Positions 25,855-36,386 of a stretch of DNA of 40,306 bases are shown here, one piece after another. The position numbers and the translations under genes were made by a program. Numbering within the stretch: the first letter of the stretch is position 1; every line of letters begins with the position of its first letter. The stretch comes from Oscillospiraceae bacterium (GTDB lineage Bacteria; Bacillota; Clostridia; Oscillospirales; CAG-272), in contig SVRO01000002.1 in NCBI GenBank assembly GCA_015064795.1, positions 1 through 40,306 of the forward strand, read 5' to 3'. A model generated the notes under the pieces. The model made no database searches, had not been told where the DNA came from, and saw only the letters and a list, made by a program, of their open reading frames with translations.

Positions 25855-26745
25855 ATGAACTCGTTTTTTTCCTACCGTCCCTCCGACCTTTCGCGTATAC
25901 CGCCGCGCACGCAGGACTCACACAAGGGAAGCTTTGGTCGAGTGCTGGTGGTGGGCGGCTCGGTCTGTATGAGCGGGGCGGCGTATTTTGCGGCCAAGGC
26001 GGCGTACCGTACGGGTGCGGGGCTCGTTGAGATCCTGACGCATAAGGAAAACCGCGTCATCCTGCAAACTCAGCTTCCCGAGGCCGTCCTCTCGACGTAT
26101 GGGGACGATATTGCGAGCAATCGGGAGACGATACGCGCGGCCGTTTCGCGCGCCGACGTAATCGTGGTAGGCGTGGGGCTTGGACAGAGCGAGGCGGCAA
26201 GAGAGCTTCTTTCCCTGGTGCTTTCGCACGCCGACGCGCCGCTTGTGATCGATGCCGACGCCCTCAATCTTTTGGCGCGTTACGGCGAGCTTTGGGAGCT
26301 GATCTCAGCACCCGTGATCGTAACGCCACACCCCTTGGAAATGGCGCGTCTTTGCCGTATGGACGTTTCGCTGATTGAGCGTGACCGCCTTTCCGCTGCG
26401 ATCAATTTTGCCGAGAAATACGCGCTTATTTGCGTGCTGAAGGGACATCGCACAATTGTGAGCGACGGAAGCGAGGCGCGCGGACTTGGTGACGAGCATA
26501 CCGTTTATCTCAATCATAGTGGCAATAGCGGCATGGCCACAGGAGGTAGCGGGGACGTGCTTTCGGGTGTGATCGCCGCACTGATCGCGCAAAAAATGCC
26601 GCCCTTTGAAGCGGCGACGCTTGGTGTCTATATTCACGGGCTTGCTGGAGATGCTGCGGCCGAAACACTTGGTGAATATTCGGTCATGGCAAGCGATATC
26701 ATCGACCATATCTCCGAAATTATAAAAGACTGTCATGAGGAATAA
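25855..26745 (+). CDS. nnrD: ADP-dependent NAD(P)H-hydrate dehydratase (YjeF C-terminal type)
   Basis: ATG at 25855 with RBS GGGAGG. Contains HKGSFGRVLVVGGS..MSGAAYFAAKAAYRTGAGLV and GGSGDVLSG motifs. No epimerase (YjeF_N) domain is fused. Confidence 0.85.
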   Translation: MNSFFSYRPSDLSRIPPRTQDSHKGSFGRVLVVGGSVCMSGAAYFAAKAAYRTGAGLVEILTHKENRVILQTQLPEAVLSTYGDDIASNRETIRAAVSRADVIVVGVGLGQSEAARELLSLVLSHADAPLVIDADALNLLARYGELWELISAPVIVTPHPLEMARLCRMDVSLIERDRLSAAINFAEKYALICVLKGHRTIVSDGSEARGLGDEHTVYLNHSGNSGMATGGSGDVLSGVIAALIAQKMPPFEAATLGVYIHGLAGDAAAETLGEYSVMASDIIDHISEIIKDCHEE

Positions 26746-26751
26746 AAAAGA

Positions 26752-26779
26752 ATGGTGACCATACGGCCACCGTTTTTTT
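26752..26779 (+). terminator. rho-independent terminator of nnrD
   Basis: Stem GGTGACC / GGCCACC (one mismatch) with loop ATAC, followed by T7. Confidence 0.6.
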
Positions 26780-26809
26780 ATAGCAAAATAGTTGTTGTTT
26801 GCAAGATGC

Positions 26810-27054
26810 AAACTTTGATTTGTGTGGGAGTTACGTTTAGGGAAACTTTTTTCAAAAAGTTTCCCTAACACCCTTCAAAAACTTTTCCGAAAAATTTTAC
26901 TACAAAGTCTGCAAAAACTTTATAGTAAGAGTTTTTCGAGTCCTTTTGGTTCTTCTCGCTTTAGCGAGTCGAGTTCGCTTCGCGAACTCGTAAAGGCACC
27001 GGCGAGGTGTGGGGCAGAGCCCCACATCGTCCTCTCTCCGATAAACATCAATTT
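26810..27054 (+). repeat. MITE-like structured intergenic repeat, copy B (short form)
   Basis: Aligns with 12402-12738 at both ends. Contains the palindrome AGGGAAACTTTTT..AAAAAGTTTCCCT (26839-26866) and hairpins CTCGC/GCGAG, CGAGTTCG/CGAACTCG and GTGGGG/CCCCAC. Its right end overlaps the stop codon of the minus-strand GldG-like gene. Confidence 0.7.
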
Positions 27055-28555
27055 ATTTTCTGCGCCGTCTCAACCAATATACAAGTCCCGCGGCGAAGAT
27101 CGCGATCGGTACGAGTAAGATGAGAACGATTGCCCAAAATCCCGCCGTTGCCGTGGGAACGTCAAGGTGTGAGAGGGAGAGGGTAATGGACGGAACCAAC
27201 GAAACGGGAGCCTCGGCCTTGCAAAGCCACTGGAGTGCGGCAAGGAAATAGGAGTAGTTTCCGCCCTGCGCGGAGGTGTTGGCGTTTTCGTTCGTAATGC
27301 CGTACGAGGAGATCCAAACGATTTCCGCGCCGTTCTCGGCCTCGGCCACGACACCGACGTGATGTGCGGAGGGCGTTTGTCCCTCGGGACGATTCATGCT
27401 CTCGGCGTTGGTCTCGATGATATACGCGCCATCACTCGTCGTAAAGAGGGCAGTTGCACCCACGCCACTTGGCAGGCTCTCTGCGACGCGGATGCCATGC
27501 GACTCGAAAAGAAGGGCAGGCGTGGTTGTGGCGAGGTCTTTCGTTATCGCGTGAGACGCAATGTTGGGAACGAGGTAGAAGGGATATTGGTAGTAATGCT
27601 GGTTATCGGTCTCGATCACGATGCCGTCCTCGGCGTAAAGTCCGTATGCGTTCGTGACCGAAAGGAGATTGGTAAGCTCCGATATGCCGGGAAGCGTGAC
27701 TAACATAAGCTTGCCGCCTTTATCCAAATAGGCGGAGATGCTTTGCGCCTCCTCGGCCGTCAGATCACTTTGCGGACAGTGGATAACCAGCAGAGCGCAG
27801 TCCTCGGGGATGGCTGTCGCCCCCTGAAGTGTGAGGGATGCGGTCGCCATATATTGAAGCTCAAGCTTGTCGGTGAGCGCGGTACTGAGCTCGGTCTCCG
27901 AATGCCCGCCTAAAATATATACGCGCGACAGATCGTCGGAGGTCACGTAATCGATGGCCGAAAGCAACTGTCCCTCGCCGTCAAAATGATAGGTCGGCGT
28001 GACGGTTTGGCCGTAGTAGGCTTGTAGCATATAGACATACTGTTGCGCTTCGGCCGCGGTGAGCTTGCCTATGAGCCCCTCAAGCTCGGTGATCGAGTAA
28101 TAGAAGAGGTCGCTTTGTGTGAGTACGCGAGCCCTTTTGTCGCTTTTTACGACGATACTGTAGTTTTCGTAGCTTTCCCCGATGCCGAGCGAGGAGACGA
28201 AGTTGGCATCGGTTGCCGTATCGATCACCTTGACGCTTACGTGCGAGCTATAGGACGGAAGCTTGTCAAGGAAGATCTTGGTTTGAAGTCTCTCGTCAAC
28301 AAGCGATCTCTCGCCACCTGCGGCAAGATAATAAATCTCCACGTCTTGCTTTAGCTTGGCAAGTGAGCGCTTGGCGGTGCTCGTGACCGAATAGATCTTA
28401 TCGGCGCTGGCGTCCAGCTCGGTCACGCTCGTGGGGAGCAGAGAAAAGAGAAAATTCAGAGCTGTAAGGCCTATGAGAACGGCAAGCGTAATGAGAAAAA
28501 CGCGAAGCCCCATATTCGAGGTCTTTTGTTTGAAATCCTTCAAAACATTATTCAT
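27053..28555 (-). CDS. GldG-like auxiliary component of an ABC-2 type transporter
   Basis: Start trimmed to MNNVLKDF (RBS GGAGGA 7 nt upstream). An N-terminal TM helix, a large extracytoplasmic domain and a C-terminal TM helix (WAIVLILLVPIAIFAAGLVYWL). Confidence 0.65.
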   Translation of the reverse strand: MNNVLKDFKQKTSNMGLRVFLITLAVLIGLTALNFLFSLLPTSVTELDASADKIYSVTSTAKRSLAKLKQDVEIYYLAAGGERSLVDERLQTKIFLDKLPSYSSHVSVKVIDTATDANFVSSLGIGESYENYSIVVKSDKRARVLTQSDLFYYSITELEGLIGKLTAAEAQQYVYMLQAYYGQTVTPTYHFDGEGQLLSAIDYVTSDDLSRVYILGGHSETELSTALTDKLELQYMATASLTLQGATAIPEDCALLVIHCPQSDLTAEEAQSISAYLDKGGKLMLVTLPGISELTNLLSVTNAYGLYAEDGIVIETDNQHYYQYPFYLVPNIASHAITKDLATTTPALLFESHGIRVAESLPSGVGATALFTTSDGAYIIETNAESMNRPEGQTPSAHHVGVVAEAENGAEIVWISSYGITNENANTSAQGGNYSYFLAALQWLCKAEAPVSLVPSITLSLSHLDVPTATAGFWAIVLILLVPIAIFAAGLVYWLRRRRK

Positions 28556-28569
28556 TTTGTTTTCCTCCT

Positions 28570-29439
28570 TTACGACCAACGCTTTTTTTCAAGCGACTTT
28601 ACCGTGAGAAAGACGAAGAATGCGCTGAAGGAGAGGTAGAATACGACAGCCTTCAGATCCAAAACGCCGTAGGTAAAGCGGTAAAATTTCTCAAATGGGG
28701 CAAGGTAGGTAAGAAGTGCTGAAAAGCTTCCTTCAAAGAGTGTGCGCTTCCAAACATAAAGCAGGAGAATCAGCGCGCAAAATATGCCGCCGCAAGCGAG
28801 GGATATGGGCAGATTTTTCGTGAGATAATAAAGAATGAGAGCGGCAAGCACGGCAAGCACGAGGAAGCAGCCGAGCGAAACGAGCGGCGTAACCGGAATC
28901 ATGCCCGAAATAGCATTCATAAAATAGAGAAGCAGCGTGACGGCAAAGCCACCGACTGCCGCGATAACCTGGCTTTCGGTGAAGGAGGAAACGAACATAC
29001 ACAGTGCGATCAGCGACGCGCCCAGCAGGAGAAATCCCAAAAGCGAAGCGTATGCCGAAGCAAAATTCACGGCACCGACGCTAAAACCGGCAAGCAGCAG
29101 GGGATAGAGCGCCATGATAATAACGGGGATGAGGAAAACAGCCAGCATGGCGAAATATTTACCCATAACGATAGAGGAAAGTCGGAGGGGAAGCGCGTAA
29201 AGAAGCGAGTCGGTCTTCATACGCTTGTCCTCGGTGAGTGAGCGCATACAGAGAACGGGCACGACGAGAACGAACACCAGCGTGATCTCCTCAAGGGCAT
29301 ATTCAAAGGCTGAAAACTGTCCCATAAGATTGATGGCGGTTGTGAAAATACCCGTGAACAGCAAGAGCACCGAGATGAAAAGTACACCCGATACGTTGGT
29401 GAAATAGGATTTGAATTCTCGTTTGAAAATGGCCATCAT
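28570..29439 (-). CDS. ABC-2 family transporter permease (GldF-like)
   Basis: 289 aa, 6-7 TM helices. ATGA start/stop overlap with the ATPase gene. Confidence 0.75.
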   Translation of the reverse strand: MMAIFKREFKSYFTNVSGVLFISVLLLFTGIFTTAINLMGQFSAFEYALEEITLVFVLVVPVLCMRSLTEDKRMKTDSLLYALPLRLSSIVMGKYFAMLAVFLIPVIIMALYPLLLAGFSVGAVNFASAYASLLGFLLLGASLIALCMFVSSFTESQVIAAVGGFAVTLLLYFMNAISGMIPVTPLVSLGCFLVLAVLAALILYYLTKNLPISLACGGIFCALILLLYVWKRTLFEGSFSALLTYLAPFEKFYRFTYGVLDLKAVVFYLSFSAFFVFLTVKSLEKKRWS

Positions 29440-30452
29440 TTTACGTCACCTCCTTTGCATTCTGTTTCATTTGGTACAGAATGCTCGTGTCTTTCGATTG
29501 TAGGGCACTCTTCGCTTACCTCCTCGTCCGATGTTAGACGAAGGAAGATGTCTTCAAGTGATGCGTGCTTTACGTACATCTCGACGAGCGACATTTTTTT
29601 GTCGGCAAGCGTGTAGAATATCCTGTCACGCGGATCACACGATGGGTCGGTATCCAGCGAAACGTGACAGATTTTTCCGTCCGAATTTTCTAACTTAACG
29701 CCGCGAACGCCGTCTATCTCGGAAAGAAGTGCGGTAACGGCATCGGCGTTGCCTTTTACGGTGAGGTGAAGGGTGGCGTCGGCCATGGCACTTTCCTCCA
29801 GGTTTGCGAGTGAATCGTTTGCCACAAGGCACCCACGCGAGAGGATCATGACGTGGTCGCAAACTGCACTGATCTCGGCTAAAATATGGCTGGAAACGAT
29901 GACAGTCTTGGTTTTGCCGAGCGATCGAATCAGCTCTCGGATCTCGATGATCTGCTTGGGGTCAAGACCAACGGTTGGCTCGTCCAGAATGATGATCTCA
30001 GGGTGGCCGAGAAGTGCTTGCGCGATGCCTACGCGCTGACGGTAGCCTTTGGAAAGATTGCGGATAAGGCGATCGCTGACGTGCGTAATCTGCGTCAGCT
30101 CCATAACCTCGCGTATCTGTCGCGGTGCCTCCTCGTAATCCACGCCCTTGGCTTCGGCAACAAAGGTAAGATATTCGGCTGGGGTCATTTCGGTGTAGAG
30201 TGGCGGAAGCTCGGGAAGATAGCCGATCTTCTTTTTTGCCGCAAGCGGATTTTCAAAAATATCCACTCCATCTACGAGAACGCGTCCGCCCGTTGCCGAG
30301 AGACAACCCGTGACGATGTTCATGGTCGTGGATTTTCCTGCACCGTTTGGGCCTAAAAAGCCGTAAATTTTTCCTTTTTCAATGGTAAAGCTAAGGTTGT
30401 TTACGGCACAAAAATTGCCGTATTTTTTTGTTAGGTTTTTTACTTCGATCAA
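29436..30452 (-). CDS. ABC transporter ATP-binding protein (GldA-like, with a ~100 aa C-terminal extension)
   Basis: Walker A is GPNGAGKST, the signature is LSKGYRQR and Walker B is IIILDEPT. The likely start is the TTG at 30452 (M-IEVKNLTKKYG), with GGGGG 8 nt upstream. The ORF track extends to another TTG at 30479. Confidence 0.85.
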   Translation of the reverse strand: MIEVKNLTKKYGNFCAVNNLSFTIEKGKIYGFLGPNGAGKSTTMNIVTGCLSATGGRVLVDGVDIFENPLAAKKKIGYLPELPPLYTEMTPAEYLTFVAEAKGVDYEEAPRQIREVMELTQITHVSDRLIRNLSKGYRQRVGIAQALLGHPEIIILDEPTVGLDPKQIIEIRELIRSLGKTKTVIVSSHILAEISAVCDHVMILSRGCLVANDSLANLEESAMADATLHLTVKGNADAVTALLSEIDGVRGVKLENSDGKICHVSLDTDPSCDPRDRIFYTLADKKMSLVEMYVKHASLEDIFLRLTSDEEVSEECPTIERHEHSVPNETECKGGDVK

Positions 30453-30615
30453 GATATTTTCCCCCTTGATTTTTATCAAGAATACATTTTTATTATATTG
30501 GGAAAATGTGTTTTAACTATGGATTTTTTTTGAGCATTTTATGACTTCTGTGGAAAAGTCTGCTATTTTTGTCGAACGAAAGTACGAATTCGACAAGATG
30601 CTGCAAAAAGCGCTC

Positions 30616-30644
30616 TTGAAAAGAAATACATATTATAATATAAT
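30616..30644 (+). promoter_or_regulatory. putative glg operon promoter
   Basis: TTGAAA (30616-30621), 17 nt spacer, TATAAT (30639-30644). Confidence 0.5.
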
Positions 30645-30694
30645 CGATTTATAATATCTACTATCACCCTAAAAGGTTGAGTACGGAGGGTCGC

Positions 30695-32566
30695 GTGGTC
30701 GAAACGAATCATTCCTTGGCATCTTTCCTCTTTCATGAGGGGACGAATTACCGTGCGTATGAATATATGGGGGCGCACCGCGAGGGCGACGAATACGTGT
30801 TTCGCGTGTGGGCACCTCATGCTACGCGCGTTTTATTGGTTGGAGATTTTAACGGTTGGGGCGAGGATACGCCGATGCAAAGAGTCACGGAGGGCGGCGT
30901 GTGGGAGGCTGCCGTCGACGCCGAGCGCTTTTCGCGTGGCAGATGCTATAAATATAGGATAGACACGCGGCAAGGGAGCTTTTATAAGGCCGATCCGTAC
31001 GGCTTTTGTATGCAGACGCCGCCAGACACCGCGTCGGTGCTTTTTGAGATCGAGGACTACGAATGGCGAGACGGCGCGTGGATGAAACGGCGAGCCGAAA
31101 CGATGGGAAGCGCGGCCATGGAGCAGCCGATCAACATCTACGAGCTACATCTCGGCTCGTGGAAGAAGCACGAGGACGGCTCCTTTTATACCTATCGGGA
31201 GCTTATTTTCGAGCTGGTGCCTTACGTCAAGCAGATGGGATATACGCACGTTGAGCTCATGCCCGTCATGGAGCATCCGTTTGACGGCTCGTGGGGTTAT
31301 CAGGTTTGCGGCTATTTCGCGCCCTCGTCGCGTTACGGGACGCCCGCCGAGTTTATGGCCTTGATCGATGCCTTTCATGAGGCAGGGATCGGCGTGATAC
31401 TCGATTGGGTACCCGCGCATTTTCCGAAGGATGCGCACGGACTTTATGAGTTTGACGGCGAGCCTCTGTATGAGTTTCAAGGGTTCGATCGCATGGAGCA
31501 TAAGGGCTGGGGCACGCGATGCTTTGATGTTGGCAGAAACGAGATCGAGTGCTTTCTTGTCTCGGGAGCAAGCTTCTGGGCCGAGAAATACCACGTCGAC
31601 GGACTTCGCGTGGATGCCGTGGCATCCATGCTCTATTTGGATTACGACAGGCTTCCGGGCGAATGGATCCCGAACGTAAACGGGGAGAATAAGAGCCTTG
31701 AGGCGATCGCTTTTTTTCGAAAGCTGAACGCGCATATGCGGGGAGCCTATCCCGACGTTCTGATGATCGCCGAGGAATCGACGGCCTTTGGCAACGTTAC
31801 GCGTTTTGACGAGGGCGGTCTTGGCTTTTCATTCAAGTGGAATATGGGGTGGATGAACGATATTTTGTCCTACGTGGCGATGGATCCGATCTATCGGAAA
31901 TATCATCACGAAAAGACCAACTTTTCGCTGACCTATAGCTTTAGCGAATCCTATATTTTGCCCATCTCGCATGACGAGGTCGTGCATGGCAAAAAATCAC
32001 TTCTCGACAAAGCATTCGGCGACTATCGGCAAAAGTTTGACGCAACGCGAAGCTTTTTGACCTACATGATGACGCACCCGGGGAAAAAACTGACCTTTAT
32101 GGGATGTGAGATCGGCCAGTTTCGCGAGTGGGATTTTGCGGGGCAGACCGAGTGGTTTTTGCTTGACTACGACGCGCACGCGAGGCTTCAGTATTTTTGT
32201 GCCGAGCTCAATCACTTCTATCTGGAAAATCCGCCGCTTTATGAGATCGACGGCTCATGGGAGGGCTTTCGGTGGATAAGTCCTGACGACAGGGAGCGCA
32301 GTATCCTCGCTTACCGCCGCATCGGAAAAGACGGGGAGGAGCTTACCGTCGTCATCAACTTTACGCCCGTGGTCTATCGCGACTATATATTGCGTGTGTC
32401 ACAAAAAGGCGTATACGAGGAGGTCCTCAATTCCGACGACGAACGCTTTGGCGGTGCGGGAAATACGAATGGAGATCCGCTTGTTACGTCGGATGCGGGC
32501 GAGATCTGTCTTACGGTTGCCTCTCACGGCGCCCTGATTCTTCGGCGTCGACGGGAAGAGACTTGA
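30695..32566 (+). CDS. glgB: 1,4-alpha-glucan branching enzyme
   Basis: GH13 regions [17 protein letters not shown] and IAEEST. The likely start is the GTG at 30695, with GGAGG 5 nt upstream (the ORF-track TTG is at 30677). Confidence 0.9.
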   Translation: MVETNHSLASFLFHEGTNYRAYEYMGAHREGDEYVFRVWAPHATRVLLVGDFNGWGEDTPMQRVTEGGVWEAAVDAERFSRGRCYKYRIDTRQGSFYKADPYGFCMQTPPDTASVLFEIEDYEWRDGAWMKRRAETMGSAAMEQPINIYELHLGSWKKHEDGSFYTYRELIFELVPYVKQMGYTHVELMPVMEHPFDGSWGYQVCGYFAPSSRYGTPAEFMALIDAFHEAGIGVILDWVPAHFPKDAHGLYEFDGEPLYEFQGFDRMEHKGWGTRCFDVGRNEIECFLVSGASFWAEKYHVDGLRVDAVASMLYLDYDRLPGEWIPNVNGENKSLEAIAFFRKLNAHMRGAYPDVLMIAEESTAFGNVTRFDEGGLGFSFKWNMGWMNDILSYVAMDPIYRKYHHEKTNFSLTYSFSESYILPISHDEVVHGKKSLLDKAFGDYRQKFDATRSFLTYMMTHPGKKLTFMGCEIGQFREWDFAGQTEWFLLDYDAHARLQYFCAELNHFYLENPPLYEIDGSWEGFRWISPDDRERSILAYRRIGKDGEELTVVINFTPVVYRDYILRVSQKGVYEEVLNSDDERFGGAGNTNGDPLVTSDAGEICLTVASHGALILRRRREET

Positions 32567-32591
32567 TTTTAATACTTTTTCGGGGGTTCAT

Positions 32592-33794
32592 ATGCTTAAG
32601 AAAAAAGAATGCGTGGTCATGCTTCTTGCCGGCGGACAGGGAAGCCGGCTTTACGCTTTGACCGACAAGGTGGCAAAGCCTGCCGTTTCCTTTGGCGGCA
32701 AGTACCGCATTATCGACTTTCCGCTATCCAACTGTATCAACTCGGGACTTGACACGGTGGGTGTTCTCACCCAATATCAACCTCTCGTTTTAAACGAGTA
32801 CGTAGGCAATGGTTTTCCGTGGGATCTGGACCGCGCGTACGGCGGGGTTTCGATCTTGCCGCCTTATCAGGGAAAAAAATCGTCCGATTGGTACAAGGGA
32901 ACGGCCAACGCCATCTATCAGAATATTGAATTCATCAACCGCTACGATCCCGACTACGTTTTGATCCTTTCGGGCGACCACATCTATAAAATGGACTATT
33001 CGGGAATGCTGGCGTACCATAAGCTCAAGGGGGCGGACTGCACCATTGCGGTCATTGACGTGCCGCTGGAGGAGGCAAGCCGCTTCGGCATTATGAGCAC
33101 GAACGTTGACGGCTCGATCTATCGGTTTACCGAGAAGCCGAGAAACCCTGACAGCACGAAGGCCTCGATGGGCATTTACGTTTTCAGCAAGGATAAGCTT
33201 TTAAAATATTTACAGGAAGATGCCGCGGATCCCGAATCTGCGGGCGACTTTGGTAAGAACGTCATTCCGCGTATGCTGGAAGCGGGTGAGAAGATGTACG
33301 CATATTCCTTTGACGGCTATTGGAAGGATGTGGGTACGATCGCGTCGCTTTGGGAGGCCAACATGGATATGCTGGGCGAGCGTCCTGCACTGGAGCTTGG
33401 CGACGAGAGCTGGCGCATCTATTCGCGCCATTTCAACGAATCGCCGCAACACATTACCGAAAGTGCCGTGATCCGCAATTCCTTGATTACCGAAGGGTGC
33501 GAGATCGGCGGCACGGTCATAAATTCGGTGATCGGTACGGGCGTGAAGATTCGCGCGGGGGCTACCGTAAAGGACTCGGTCGTGATGAGCGGTACCGTCG
33601 TGGAAAAGGGTGCTCGCGTGGAATATGCCATCCTTGACAGTGAGGTTACGGTGAGCGAGGGGGCTCTGGTCGGCAAGCCGCGCGAGATGGCAGCAGGGGT
33701 TACTGTGGTCGGCATGGGTGTATGCATTCCCGCGGGATACGTCGTGGGGGATGGCGAAAGAATCACCGAGATTGGAAGGGAGAGAGAGGCATGA
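32592..33794 (+). CDS. glgC: glucose-1-phosphate adenylyltransferase
   Basis: LAGGQGSRL (GGxGxRL) nucleotide-binding motif and C-terminal left-handed beta-helix repeats. Confidence 0.9.
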   Translation: MLKKKECVVMLLAGGQGSRLYALTDKVAKPAVSFGGKYRIIDFPLSNCINSGLDTVGVLTQYQPLVLNEYVGNGFPWDLDRAYGGVSILPPYQGKKSSDWYKGTANAIYQNIEFINRYDPDYVLILSGDHIYKMDYSGMLAYHKLKGADCTIAVIDVPLEEASRFGIMSTNVDGSIYRFTEKPRNPDSTKASMGIYVFSKDKLLKYLQEDAADPESAGDFGKNVIPRMLEAGEKMYAYSFDGYWKDVGTIASLWEANMDMLGERPALELGDESWRIYSRHFNESPQHITESAVIRNSLITEGCEIGGTVINSVIGTGVKIRAGATVKDSVVMSGTVVEKGARVEYAILDSEVTVSEGALVGKPREMAAGVTVVGMGVCIPAGYVVGDGERITEIGREREA

Positions 33795-34924
33795 GTGCGG
33801 CAGGACTTATTTTTTCTAACATTCACGATCAGGTGATCAAGGAGCTCACGCAGAATCGCACCATGGCAAGCGTCCCCTTTGGTTGCCGCTATCGCTTGAT
33901 TGATTTTACGCTTTCCAATATGGTAAACTCGGACATTACCAAGATCGGCCTTATTACGCATAACAATTATCAGTCGCTTTTCGATCACATTGGAAACGGC
34001 AAGGACTTTGATCTTGCACGCCGTTCGGGTGGACTCAAAATTCTTCCGCCCTTTATTTCCTCCTTTGCAAGCCCCATTCCCGACCGCCTGTATACTACGC
34101 GCCTTGAGGCGCTTATGGGGGTCATGAGCTTTTTGCGCAACTGCAAGGAGGAGGACATTATCCTTTCGGATTGTGATGCGATATGCAACGTCGATCTTGG
34201 GGAGGTGCTGGAGCAACATAAGGAGACGGGGGCCGATGTCACGGTGGTGGTTGCGAATTATACTTTTGGGAAATACGAGCTTCACGCAAATGTAGTTTGC
34301 GTGGAAGCCGACGAAAATGGGCGTTTGACGGCTCTCTCCAAGGCGCGCCCCACGGAGGGAAAACGCCTTATTAGCACCAATATCTTGGTGATTCGCCGCG
34401 CGTATCTGATCGCACTTGTGGAATATGCGGCGGCAAGGGGCTATAAGGATTTTTATTTGGATTCGCTTCTACCCGTGTTGGCGCGTGATAACATTTATCT
34501 TTACGAGCATAAAAGGTATTATGCCGTCATCGGCTCGCTTGAGGGATATTACGCCTGTAACATGGAGCTTTTGGATCCCGCGATCCATCGGGAGCTTTTT
34601 GGGGTGGAAGGCTTTCCCATCTACACGAAGGTGCGAAATTCCGCACCGACGAAGTACACCGAGAACGCCGACGTCAAGAACTCCTACGTGGCCGACGGCT
34701 GCGTGGTAGATGGTACGGTGGAAAACTCCATTTTGTTTCGCGGCGTTACGGTCGGACGGGGAAGCGTGATCCGCAATTCGATCGTCTTGCAGGATGCGGT
34801 GATTGGAAACGGGGTCACCATGAACTGCGTGATTACCGACAAAGGCGTTATCGTCCGCGACGGTCGAATGCTTTCGGGGCACGAAACACTTCCGTTTTTC
34901 ATTGCCAAGGGAACGAGGGTATAA
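33791..34924 (+). CDS. glgD: glucose-1-phosphate adenylyltransferase, GlgD subunit
   Basis: ATGA overlap with the glgC stop. A GlgC paralogue lacking the GGxGxRL motif ([14 protein letters not shown]...), as expected for Firmicutes GlgD. Confidence 0.85.
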   Translation: MSAAGLIFSNIHDQVIKELTQNRTMASVPFGCRYRLIDFTLSNMVNSDITKIGLITHNNYQSLFDHIGNGKDFDLARRSGGLKILPPFISSFASPIPDRLYTTRLEALMGVMSFLRNCKEEDIILSDCDAICNVDLGEVLEQHKETGADVTVVVANYTFGKYELHANVVCVEADENGRLTALSKARPTEGKRLISTNILVIRRAYLIALVEYAAARGYKDFYLDSLLPVLARDNIYLYEHKRYYAVIGSLEGYYACNMELLDPAIHRELFGVEGFPIYTKVRNSAPTKYTENADVKNSYVADGCVVDGTVENSILFRGVTVGRGSVIRNSIVLQDAVIGNGVTMNCVITDKGVIVRDGRMLSGHETLPFFIAKGTRV

Positions 34925-34926
34925 CT

Positions 34927-36363
34927 ATGAAAAAAATATTATTTGTAGGAGCCGAGGTCATGCCGTTTGCCGCCACAGGCGGTCTTGGCGACGTGATGGG
35001 ATCTCTCCCCGCGGCCATTAAGGCCGCCGATGAAAGCACCGATATTCGCGTGGTGATGCCGCTCTACCGTGCGATCGACGAATCGTGGCGCGAGCAGATG
35101 ACAGAGGTGGCAACCTTCCATGTGTGGCTTTCTTGGCGCAAATTATACTGCGGTGTCAAGAGCCTTTGCCGCGAGGGTGTGACATATTACTTTATCGACA
35201 ACGAGTATTATTTCGACCGTGAGGGGCTTTACGGCCATTACGACGACGGCGAGCGTTACGCCTATTTTTGCATGGCAGTACTCGAAATGCTGTCGCATAT
35301 CGACTTTTTCCCCGATGTGCTGCACGCACACGATTGGCAGGGCGCACTCAGTATTGTGTATCTGGATCGCTTTTTCCGTGGACGTACGGGGTATGAGAAG
35401 ATAAGGACCGTATATACCATTCATAACATTGAATATCAAGGGCATTACGATTTTTCGATCCTTTATGACGTGTTCGGACTTGGCGAGGAGATGCACGATA
35501 TCCTCGCGTATGACGGTCGCATCAATCTGATGAAGGGCGCGATCGTTTGCGCCAACCTTGTGTCTACCGTAAGTCCCCGCTATGCCGAGGAGATCCGCTC
35601 GGGCGAGTTTGCGCATCGACTGGAGTATATCATTAACGATAACGCCCACAAGCTTCGAGGCATTCTCAACGGCATTGACTACGTTTTTTACGATCCCGCG
35701 CACGACGGCGCGATCGCGCATCGCTTCTCGGCCGAAACGGCCGAGGAAAAGGTGAAAAACAAAACGGCTCTGCAACGGGAGCTTGGACTTCCCGAGGGGG
35801 AGAAGATCCCCATGCTTGCCATGATTTCGCGCTTGGCGACGCACAAAGGGCTTGATCTCGTTTGGCAAGTGGCCGACGGACTTTTGGCCACGGAGAATTT
35901 TCAGCTCGTGGTGCTTGGTACGGGCGAGGAGCGGTACGAACGCTTTTTTGAGGAGCTTGCTCATCGGTTTCCCGACCGCGTGCGCGCACTTCTTCGCTAC
36001 GACCGCACGCTTTCCAAGCGAATTTACGCCGCGGCCGATCTTTTCGTGATGCCGTCAAGAAGTGAGCCCTGCGGGCTTGCGCAGATGATCGCCTCGCGGT
36101 ACGGTGCCATTCCTGTCGTGCGAGAGACGGGTGGACTTTTCGATTCGATCAAGGGCTACTATGAGGAGGACGGCGAGCCGCGCGGCAACGGCTTTACCTT
36201 TGCAGGTTACCGCGCCGACGAGCTATACGAGAGAATTCTTGCCGCGCTTGCGCTTTATCGGCAGAAAGAAAAGTGGCAAGCCCTTGTTACTCGGGTGATG
36301 CGGAGCGATTTTTCGTGGTCTGTCTCTGCCCAAAAATACCTGGCGATGTATCAGGAACTTTAA
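34927..36363 (+). CDS. glgA: glycogen synthase (ADP-glucose type)
   Basis: N-terminal ATGGLGDV motif. 478 aa GT5 architecture. Confidence 0.9.
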   Translation: MKKILFVGAEVMPFAATGGLGDVMGSLPAAIKAADESTDIRVVMPLYRAIDESWREQMTEVATFHVWLSWRKLYCGVKSLCREGVTYYFIDNEYYFDREGLYGHYDDGERYAYFCMAVLEMLSHIDFFPDVLHAHDWQGALSIVYLDRFFRGRTGYEKIRTVYTIHNIEYQGHYDFSILYDVFGLGEEMHDILAYDGRINLMKGAIVCANLVSTVSPRYAEEIRSGEFAHRLEYIINDNAHKLRGILNGIDYVFYDPAHDGAIAHRFSAETAEEKVKNKTALQRELGLPEGEKIPMLAMISRLATHKGLDLVWQVADGLLATENFQLVVLGTGEERYERFFEELAHRFPDRVRALLRYDRTLSKRIYAAADLFVMPSRSEPCGLAQMIASRYGAIPVVRETGGLFDSIKGYYEEDGEPRGNGFTFAGYRADELYERILAALALYRQKEKWQALVTRVMRSDFSWSVSAQKYLAMYQEL

Positions 36364-36386
36364 AATTTAGAAAGGAAATTTTTAGT

